Assembly (NCBI GenBank): GCA_038062475.1
Contig: JBBTXB010000127.1
Coordinates: 1-30,729 of the forward strand
DNA: 30,729 nt
Source: Patescibacteria group bacterium
GTDB lineage: Bacteria > Patescibacteriota > Patescibacteriia > JBBTXB01
Direction of reading: 5' to 3'
The notes beneath the pieces are model-generated. The model saw nothing but the letters and a program-made list of their open reading frames with translations, was not told where the DNA came from and did not search any database. The first letter of the stretch is position 1; every line of letters begins with the position of its first letter. Both the position numbers and the translations under genes were made by a program. Below, in pieces: positions 15,792 to 22,204 of the stretch.

Positions 15792-17246
15792 CTAGACAAC
15801 CTCCACGCCGGGAACAACCGGCCACTCTTCAATCCTCGCCTCCGCAAGCTCCGGAGAGTAGCCGGTCTTCAACCAGCGGATCACGAGTGCGAAGCATTCG
15901 GAGTACCGGGATTCGCCTGCCAGTTTCGCGACAAGAGCCGTGGCGTTCCCGAAACAGGCGACGCCGCTTCTCCCGATATGCGGGTGGTGCAAGCCGTCAG
16001 GGTGCGTCGGCGCCTCGCTCCAGACAGTAACCGCTCCCGTGCCTCCGATGCGAATGACGAAGGCGCCCAATGCGTAGCGTTGCCCTTCCCACTCCGCCTC
16101 AATGGGGCGGGTCTCTACCTGCAGTCCCCCGTCCAGAATCCACACACGCGCCACATCCGGCTGTTTTTTTATCTGTTGGTACTCCCGCGGAAGGCGCGCC
16201 GCGAGCTCTGTGCGAAATGGGGACTTTTCGTATGTGTCAACCAGCGCCTTCAACCGATTCCTTTGTTGGATGGCCTCCGTGAGAAGCTTCTGGAACTCGG
16301 CGATATTGCGGATAGCCGCGGCCTCCTCTCCCCGAACGACTTTCACCAGGGAATCCGCCCACTCCCCAACCGCCTCCACGAACTCTGTCTTCCCGACGCT
16401 CTTGTACCCCGCGGGGTACTTGTGCCCCTCGGGGTACTTGTGCCCCTCGGGGTACTTGTGCCCCTCGGGGTACTTGTGCCCCTCGGGGTGCTTGCGATGC
16501 CAGTTCCATGCCAGGGCGAGGAGGCGTTCAAAAATGATGGGGCTGTGGCTATGGAAGTACGGAATGGTCGGCACAAGGAAATAGAAGTTCGATCCGAGCG
16601 CTTGTACGAGCGGGACTCCCGTTGCATCGGCGAGCGCCTCGCCTCGCCCTCGCGCGGGACCCACCGCACTCACCATGGAGCAGTCCTCCAGAATCGGCTG
16701 GCCGAAAGCGGTGGCGACAGTGCGGAATTCGGACTCGCCGGGCGGCCTACAATTGGAGAAGATGTGTATCTCGCCTTCCTTTTCGGGGTACGGATCACAC
16801 ACATCGGCTCCATAATGGAAGTGGACGCGCGCGCCGGAAAGGCACGAGAAGCGTTCTAATATTTTCTGATGCGTCGCAAGCGCATGGTCTGTCTTCTTCG
16901 TCTTGGGAAGAGAGACCGCGAGGATGTCATGATTCTGGATGACAACTTCGGGCGTTTGCCAGATGAACAACAGCACTTGCTTTTTCTCGCGCTCGGCCGC
17001 GTACATTGCCACCTTCCCGGATGGTAAAAGGGGGTGCGCCCGGCAGTAGATATCCGCGACGCTCTTCCCGCGCTTGGAGGCAAGGAGAAAACCGTCTATG
17101 TCGAAATGGCCGACCTTCAGTACCGCCTTGCGCGGAGCGATCCCCAATGCTCGATATTCCTTGAGCTTCGGCGCCACGATGGCTGCCGGAAGCGCAATCT
17201 CTCCTGTCTTTACAGGCTCTTCTACGATGTCAGTAGCCGAATCCAT
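15792..17246 (-). CDS. Multidomain protein (484 aa): unknown N-domain with two HxH motifs, a (YPEGHK)n repeat, a coiled-coil segment and a C-terminal UBC/E2-like domain
   Basis: GGAGGAGGG lies 5 nt upstream of the ATG. The C-terminal segment LPREYQQIKKQP...YALGAFVIRI...HHPHIGRSGVACFGN...YSECFALVIRWL parallels a UBC core (see findings). Domain assignment is by eye only. Confidence 0.6.
   Translation of the reverse strand: MDSATDIVEEPVKTGEIALPAAIVAPKLKEYRALGIAPRKAVLKVGHFDIDGFLLASKRGKSVADIYCRAHPLLPSGKVAMYAAEREKKQVLLFIWQTPEVVIQNHDILAVSLPKTKKTDHALATHQKILERFSCLSGARVHFHYGADVCDPYPEKEGEIHIFSNCRPPGESEFRTVATAFGQPILEDCSMVSAVGPARGRGEALADATGVPLVQALGSNFYFLVPTIPYFHSHSPIIFERLLALAWNWHRKHPEGHKYPEGHKYPEGHKYPEGHKYPAGYKSVGKTEFVEAVGEWADSLVKVVRGEEAAAIRNIAEFQKLLTEAIQQRNRLKALVDTYEKSPFRTELAARLPREYQQIKKQPDVARVWILDGGLQVETRPIEAEWEGQRYALGAFVIRIGGTGAVTVWSEAPTHPDGLHHPHIGRSGVACFGNATALVAKLAGESRYSECFALVIRWLKTGYSPELAEARIEEWPVVPGVEVV
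16413..16484. repeat. Perfect 18-bp tandem repeat x4 (GGGGTACTTGTGCCCCTC) inside the E2-like gene
   Basis: Read directly. Degenerate units flank it (about 16401-16497). It encodes in-frame YPEGHK hexapeptides. Confidence 0.95.
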
Positions 17247-17271
17247 TCAACCCTCCTCCATAGAAGTTGCA

Positions 17272-17300
17272 ATTGTAAAAGTACAAAACCGGCCTGCCAT
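17272..17300 (-). promoter_or_regulatory. Candidate sigma70-type promoter of the Ubl/E1/E2 cassette
   Basis: On the minus strand: -35 ATGGCA, a 17-nt spacer, then -10 TACAAT, about 25 nt upstream of the start codon. Confidence 0.3.
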
Positions 17301-17478
17301 CCATAGCGACAGACGGGGCCAAAAAACTTAACACGGAAAGACGCGCGGGGTCAACCCCGTTAGAAGCAAAAGGTAGTCTGTGGTTTACGCAGACGAAAGC
17401 CGCAAGACGCGCTCCGCTCATCGTTTTGCAGGATGACGCGAGTCTTCTTTGGCTTCTAACGGGGTCAACCTCGGGCTC

Positions 17479-17676
17479 GAGACCGCTGAAAAACTCTCTG
17501 TTAACCCCTGAGCTTGTCGAAGGGCTGACAGAACTAAGTCAAAGTTTGCCCTTCGACTTCGCTCAGGGAATATCTTCACTTCGTTACGATGCCGCCTCTC
17601 CTCGCTCGGAAACGAAGTGCGACTTCGCTTCACTCGCTCGTCAGGCGATAAATTTTGGCAGTTTTTCAGCGGTCTC
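17479..17676. mobile_element. MITE-like element (198 bp) with perfect 17-bp terminal inverted repeats GAGACCGCTGAAAAACT / AGTTTTTCAGCGGTCTC
   Basis: The repeats are read directly. The interior carries CCTGAGCTTGTCGAAGG (17507-17523) and CCCTTCGACTTCGCTCAGGG (17549-17568). The right repeat supplies the last codons and the stop of the 206-aa gene. Confidence 0.7.
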
Positions 17677-18286
17677 CCCGTTTCCACGCCGTGATTTCCC
17701 CGGCGCGGATTTCTATGGGGTCCGCGCGGCGGAGCGTGCGCAGTTGCGCGCGGGAGAGGATCGGGACGTGCGGCACTCCATCAATGTATTCGGGGACATA
17801 CCACACGTCTTCAACGGATGTCATCCACCCGCGCCGATCAAAGCGGGAGAGGTCAACCGGTTGCGAGTATGAACGGAGTGTCTTTTTGCCGTTCTTTAAA
17901 AAATATTCGTGGAAAAACGAAAGCGCCAGCTCGCGGATGGATGCGTAGATCGGCTCGCGGTAGCGCAACACAGCATGGTTTGTTTTGGTAATCGCGCCCC
18001 ATGCTCCGTGCTGCCGGAACACGGCGATCACATGATCGTCGTCTTCGTCCGCGGCCTTGAGGTCAACAACGAGCGGCCGATGCCCCAGGAGCCGAAGAGC
18101 CGCCGCCGCGAGCATCGCCCCTTCCATGCAATGGGCGCGGCGACGCGCGAGCACTGTTCGCGGCGACAGGCATGTTTCTCTCCCTTTCTCAAAATTTATC
18201 GGAATCCTCTCCAAAAAATCCTGAATCTTCCGCGGCGTATTGAGCGCCCCAAGAATCTTCAACTCATCTCTCGTAAATCCGTACAT
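17666..18286 (-). CDS. Transglutaminase-like / papain-fold cysteine peptidase superfamily protein (206 aa)
   Basis: Cys motif RRAHCMEGAMLAAAALRLLG, followed by DDDHVIAVF and GAWGAITKTN (candidate His and Asp/Asn). Starts 16 nt downstream of the membrane protein gene. Confidence 0.5.
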   Translation of the reverse strand: MYGFTRDELKILGALNTPRKIQDFLERIPINFEKGRETCLSPRTVLARRRAHCMEGAMLAAAALRLLGHRPLVVDLKAADEDDDHVIAVFRQHGAWGAITKTNHAVLRYREPIYASIRELALSFFHEYFLKNGKKTLRSYSQPVDLSRFDRRGWMTSVEDVWYVPEYIDGVPHVPILSRAQLRTLRRADPIEIRAGEITAWKRGDR

Positions 18287-18302
18287 GATTTCTATATGAG
18301 CG

Positions 18303-19334
18303 TCATTGAATTACGACTTGGAGAGCGTCGTCATCCTGAAAGACGTATCCAAGCGGATCCGCAATCTCTTTTCCATTCACCTTCGCTCGCACCTTTCCCT
18401 CCAAGTCATTCATCCCGATGCTCTGGAAAAAGAGCCCGAGCGGCACACCTGTCGCATGCATGTGAATGCTCTGCGCGCCATCGTCGGCATGCACGTGGAT
18501 GAAACTTGAACTTATGCCGTCGTCACCCCCCATGCGGTGCGCATAGGGAGTGAAATCGAGCGGTTTGCCATCGCGTATGACTTGAAAACCGGCGTGGATG
18601 TGCGCCGATCCCAGGAGTCCGACATTCGCGGCAGGGTCCATCGTGCACTGCATCATCCCGCTCGCGATGCATTGATCTATGTCCATACCACAGGCGTCAC
18701 ATCTGCCGTCGCCGTCCGCATCCATGAGTTCTTTTGCCTGCGCAACATCAAACATCGTGAACTTCATGTGGGAAGACGCCGGTGCGACGGGCGCAGATGC
18801 GTTCATGGGCTGATTCTGATAGCTCGGCGCGGGTGGAATCACAAGAACCATGGCAAGCGCGATGATCCCGGCCATTCCGCCCGCGACCTTTCTTCCTTCC
18901 GCTGTAAAATCAAGTACGAGGGCACCCTCTTCGCGCTTAACGATTCGCTCCTTGAGGTACCAAAGGAGAGCGACGATCGCGACGGCAATACCGATAGTCC
19001 GAGCCGAAGAAATCCATGGCGCATCAAACGGCAATCCCGCAAGAATCAGTCCCACGTTTCCGAGCATACTGCGGCGAGTTATGAAGCGCATGCGCATCAC
19101 GAAACGCAAAAGAATGAGCGCCCCGAAAAGCGCAAGCGCCACCATCCACAACGGTGTTTGCCAACGGTTCAGGAAAAGGAGCGGCATTCCTTGAATCGCG
19201 AAGCCGAGAGTCGTAAGTGCCGCAACAAGCGAGGAACAAAGATTGTGACAGATCTGCCACGAACCCAGAACGCTCGCGCAGCCAGAAATTTTGCTTCCGC
19301 GCGAAAGGGCGCGCGGTGAAATTGAGATGTTCAT
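18303..19334 (-). CDS. Polytopic membrane protein with a Cys/His-rich extracytoplasmic domain, hypothetical
   Basis: The ORF runs 18303..19361, but its 5' end lies in a MITE repeat, so the ATG at 19334 is used. Contains TM helices, GCASVLGSWQICHNLC, and DGDGRCDACGMDIDQCIASGMMQC. The start is uncertain. Confidence 0.55.
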   Translation of the reverse strand: MNISISPRALSRGSKISGCASVLGSWQICHNLCSSLVAALTTLGFAIQGMPLLFLNRWQTPLWMVALALFGALILLRFVMRMRFITRRSMLGNVGLILAGLPFDAPWISSARTIGIAVAIVALLWYLKERIVKREEGALVLDFTAEGRKVAGGMAGIIALAMVLVIPPAPSYQNQPMNASAPVAPASSHMKFTMFDVAQAKELMDADGDGRCDACGMDIDQCIASGMMQCTMDPAANVGLLGSAHIHAGFQVIRDGKPLDFTPYAHRMGGDDGISSSFIHVHADDGAQSIHMHATGVPLGLFFQSIGMNDLEGKVRAKVNGKEIADPLGYVFQDDDALQVVIQ

Positions 19335-19339
19335 AAATT

Positions 19340-19459
19340 GAGAGTGTTGAATAACTACCAAAATTTAGTTCCTGAGCATGTCGAAGGACTAGATTTTGGC
19401 TTAATTTTACAGCCCTTCGACTTCGCTCAGGGATTAGTAGAGAGTTATTCAACGCTCTC
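19340..19459. mobile_element. MITE-like element (120 bp) with 17-bp terminal inverted repeats GAGAGTGTTGAATAACT / AGTTATTCAACGCTCTC
   Basis: The interior CCAAAATTTAGTTCCTGAGCATGTCGAAGGACTAGATTTTGG plus CCCTTCGACTTCGCTCAGGG shares a roughly 42-bp core with 23046-23090. Confidence 0.7.
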
Positions 19460-19474
19460 AAATTCAAACCCATC

Positions 19475-19500
19475 CTCCCGACGACCGGGAGTTTTGTTCT
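19475..19500 (+). terminator. Orphan plus-strand terminator-like hairpin
   Basis: CTCCCG-ACGAC-CGGGAG followed by TTTTGTTCT. There is no plus-strand gene upstream. Confidence 0.35.
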
Positions 19501-19512
19501 GTTGCTTATTTT

Positions 19513-19551
19513 GCATACCCAGTATATCAACTTCGACTGTTAGTCGAGTTA
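19513..19551 (-). promoter_or_regulatory. Conserved 39-nt block (copy 1), promoter-like with an embedded hairpin
   Basis: 35 of 39 positions are identical to 30646-30684. The minus strand reads TAACTCGACTAACAGTCGAAGTTGATATACTGGGTATGC, containing the hairpin TCGACT/AGTCGA and a TATACT -10-like hexamer. Confidence 0.35.
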
Positions 19552-19606
19552 ATGATTATGAGAGAGTTAGGAATGTCATAGCGTGTTTGGACGAGGAGAC
19601 TCCGTT

Positions 19607-19636
19607 GTCGAGCACTCATCGCGATGAGTGCTCGAC
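19607..19636. repeat. 30-bp perfect palindrome GTCGAGCACTCATCG/CGATGAGTGCTCGAC
   Basis: Read directly. Lies 34 nt after the stop of the 86-aa gene on the minus strand. No U-tract. Confidence 0.8.
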
Positions 19637-19669
19637 GGTCGAAGTTGTATTACTGGGCATATTCGTCGC

Positions 19670-19930
19670 TTAGCACCCTCCGACCATTTCCGGAAGAGCG
19701 GCATTCGAGCCCGAGTTGCCGGAGGCCGCCGGAGCAGCGGCCGCGGCTGGTTTCACCGAGACCCCGCCCGCCTTGCCCTTCAAGGCGTAGAGCTGCGCCG
19801 TCTGAAAAACGGTTACGAGCGCCAGAAGCCCGAGTACCGCGACCTGCGCGTTCACTTTCGGAATCCGAATAGTTAAGGTTTGCGCTTGCGGCTTTGTCTC
19901 CGCCGCCGGAGTTTGAGTCTGTTCGGGCAT
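19670..19930 (-). CDS. Small membrane-anchored protein (86 aa) with an Ala/Ser/Gly-rich tail ending ...LPEMVGGC
   Basis: One TM helix (VAVLGLLALVTVF), a low-complexity tail and a terminal Cys. Last gene of the blaI-led cluster. Confidence 0.5.
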   Translation of the reverse strand: MPEQTQTPAAETKPQAQTLTIRIPKVNAQVAVLGLLALVTVFQTAQLYALKGKAGGVSVKPAAAAAPAASGNSGSNAALPEMVGGC

Positions 19931-19979
19931 AGATTTGGATTAAAGTTAACAAATTTAAATTTCTCTTGAGAGGATATGG

Positions 19980-20019
19980 CTTCGACAAGCTCAGCCAATA
20001 ACTACTTTTCTACAGTCTC
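19980..20019. repeat. 40-bp fragment homologous to one end of the 4729-4806 MITE, in inverted orientation
   Basis: CTTCGACAAGCTCAGCCAATAACTACTTTTCTACAGTCTC compared with the reverse complement of 4729-4768. Confidence 0.65.
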
Positions 20020-20023
20020 ATCT

Positions 20024-21337
20024 TTAGAATCCATGCATTCCATCTGCTCCCGCTCCACCATGCGTCTTGTGGCCAATGACATCGCCTCGGCCGGTTCCAA
20101 GGAGATAATCTTCAATTACGCCGCGGGGATACCACGCACCTTTCCATCGCTGCAACTCGCCGATGATCTCGTCATCCGAATATTTGTCACCGTAATTGGC
20201 AACGAGATATTTAGCGACACTCCGATACGCTTTCGCATGCCGACAGCCGCACTGGTTTATTGTCGTAACCCTTGTGGGGCCGCCGCAACAATAATCACAC
20301 GTCATGGTGCTTATGATTTTCTGCCACCGCGCTTCAAGCTCGCCGGAGAGTTGGGTGGACTCTTCATACTTCTGCCACCCGGCAAGCGCCGCGACAGGAT
20401 CATCAAAGCTGATTCCTTCCGGCGCATAAAAGGGCGTTCCTACGGGAACCATTACGACGCGAGCCGCCTCCGCCGAATCCATCCCTTTCGGTTCCGCCGG
20501 AACCTCGGTAATCGTAGGCCACGTCCCAATCGTTGTTGTCCGACCATCGGGATTTAATTTTGTGGCGACGACGCTCCGCGCAGATGCGGATTGAACGCCC
20601 ACGAGACTACCAAGCAGTCGGCCGACGCTCTGCCCTCTCCATGCCGGAACAAAACCAAAAGCAGTGGCGACCTGACTGATGAGGAGCTGATTTGCCGCGA
20701 GTGCGACGATGACAAAAGTCGTGAGCAGCTTCCCCGCGTCGGTGGATACAATCCGCGAGCGAGAAGACTCAACCTGCGCTCCGGGAGCCGACGGTACGCA
20801 CTCCTCGCACGCTCCATCAAGCGTCGGCGCCGCGCGCTTCGCTGAATACATCATCGTTGCGCCGATGATCCCCAGGGTCAAAAACTTAAACTCAAGACCC
20901 AGAAGCGGAAATACGGAGACCCCGCCAGCAATGCCTAGAAGCTGCAGGATCACCGCTCCGCAGACGGGACACGCTGCACCGAACGCTGCCGAGAGCGCAG
21001 CGAGCCCAGAGAGTCCGGCGCCTTTCGCCTTCTTCAAAGCAGAATGCCTGTATCCCCAGACGAGCAGCGCTGCGGAAAGACCGAAAAGCATGACGCTCGC
21101 AACGGTAGTCGCCGTAAACACGGCCGCATAGAGAATGCTAAACCGGCCATATTCTCCATCCCGCGCATGTTCAAAAAACATGGACCAAGTCGTCACACGG
21201 CTCATGAACCAATAGTCAACTACCGCAAAAGCCGCGGCGCTCATAATCGCGATATTTTGATACTGCCGTTCCTTGAGAATCGTGGAGAGAACGCGCACGG
21301 TCGAAGTAAGAGATAGAGAACGAAAGAGGGATTTCAT
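20024..21337 (-). CDS. Polytopic membrane protein with an in-membrane CxxC and a C-terminal PCYCGC-like Cys-rich domain
   Basis: The ATG at 21337 lies 1 nt after the upstream stop. The track start at 21439 would overlap the upstream gene by 100 nt. Motifs GAACPVCGAVILQLLG and TCDYCCGGPTRVTTINQCGCRHAKAY. Confidence 0.6.
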   Translation of the reverse strand: MKSLFRSLSLTSTVRVLSTILKERQYQNIAIMSAAAFAVVDYWFMSRVTTWSMFFEHARDGEYGRFSILYAAVFTATTVASVMLFGLSAALLVWGYRHSALKKAKGAGLSGLAALSAAFGAACPVCGAVILQLLGIAGGVSVFPLLGLEFKFLTLGIIGATMMYSAKRAAPTLDGACEECVPSAPGAQVESSRSRIVSTDAGKLLTTFVIVALAANQLLISQVATAFGFVPAWRGQSVGRLLGSLVGVQSASARSVVATKLNPDGRTTTIGTWPTITEVPAEPKGMDSAEAARVVMVPVGTPFYAPEGISFDDPVAALAGWQKYEESTQLSGELEARWQKIISTMTCDYCCGGPTRVTTINQCGCRHAKAYRSVAKYLVANYGDKYSDDEIIGELQRWKGAWYPRGVIEDYLLGTGRGDVIGHKTHGGAGADGMHGF

Positions 21338-21338
21338 A

Positions 21339-22178
21339 TCAGTTTGCGGTTTCGGTTGAAACTGAAGTTGCCGCTGCCGGGCGAACAATTTTATTCGTTG
21401 ACAAATCTTTGTAGACGCCGCCCATCTGGGAAACTTCACGGAATACGTACCAGCCGTCTTCTTGAACCGTGCCTACTTGCCCCCAGATAATTTGCAACGC
21501 CGCGTACGCGCCCGCCTCCGGCGAAAGGAGGACGGTCGGCACTTTCGTGATTGCGTATTTCTGCACGAGCGCTCTCCCTTCCGCCTCCGCCATGTCCACC
21601 TTCCGTTCCGTCCGGAGCTTGGTCCCAAAGCGATTCACGAGAATCTGCCGGTGGGCATCCGTGTCATAACAATCCTTGCACGATTTGTCCGTAAGAAACA
21701 CGAGTTCTATTCTCCCCTTCTCCTCGCCGGAAGCCGTATCAATAAAAACCGGCTGCACTTTCGTGAAGACAAACACGTCACCGCGGACTTCCCCATTCCC
21801 AGCCACAAATGCCGCAATCTTTTCACTTTTTACTTCTCCCGTCGCGATATACGTCGGCACCTGCGTAATGCCGTGAGCTGCGATGAGCCGCTTGCCCTCG
21901 TCGCTGTCGAACGGCACCGCTCGCTCGTCGGAAACAAATACATGCTGGCTTTTCAATGCGCCAACAGATGCTTCCACATTGAAACAATCGGCACAATTCG
22001 GAGCCGTGATTTTCACGATAGAGACTTTCACCGGCCGCGCCGCCTCCTCCGCCTTCGCCATCTCGCGGTCAATGTCCAAAACAGATTGCGTCACGAAAAC
22101 AGCGCCGGCAACCGATGCCGCAAGCGCCAAGAGGAGCAGAATTTTTTGAACATTGAAATTTGGAATTTGTTTGGTCAT
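21339..22178 (-). CDS. Membrane-anchored double thioredoxin-fold protein
   Basis: Signal anchor ILLLLALAASVAGAVFV and two CxxC motifs (APNCADCFN, DKSCKDCYD) in repeated modules. The start is set to the ATG at 22178 to avoid overlapping the M56 gene. Confidence 0.55.
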   Translation of the reverse strand: MTKQIPNFNVQKILLLLALAASVAGAVFVTQSVLDIDREMAKAEEAARPVKVSIVKITAPNCADCFNVEASVGALKSQHVFVSDERAVPFDSDEGKRLIAAHGITQVPTYIATGEVKSEKIAAFVAGNGEVRGDVFVFTKVQPVFIDTASGEEKGRIELVFLTDKSCKDCYDTDAHRQILVNRFGTKLRTERKVDMAEAEGRALVQKYAITKVPTVLLSPEAGAYAALQIIWGQVGTVQEDGWYVFREVSQMGGVYKDLSTNKIVRPAAATSVSTETAN

Positions 22179-22204
22179 TGGAGCTTGATCATTGGAATTT
22201 CTCG

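Noticed and set aside
16401-16497. CRISPR array suggested by the short perfect repeats at 16401-16497 and 26977-27024.
   Set aside because: The units are directly tandem (18 bp and 16 bp) with no spacers, and they lie inside coding regions. There are no cas genes in the window.
15756-16859. Long plus-strand ORFs antisense to minus-strand genes: 15756-16859 (367 aa), 11801-12610, 12611-13363, 21462-22583, 29409-30311, 18537-19319 and 25606-26211.
   Set aside because: Each lies fully inside a minus-strand gene that has clear family motifs. Their products are Arg/Pro/Ser-rich low-complexity strings without SDs. They are typical shadow ORFs of GC-rich coding DNA.
18303-18420. The C-terminal KVNGKEIADPLGYVFQDDDALQVVIQ of the 343-aa membrane protein as a second ThiS-like Ubl domain.
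   Set aside because: - The resemblance is limited to a VNGK...D..L.V pattern.
- There is no terminal Gly.
- The domain is predicted to be extracytoplasmic.

This is probably coincidental.
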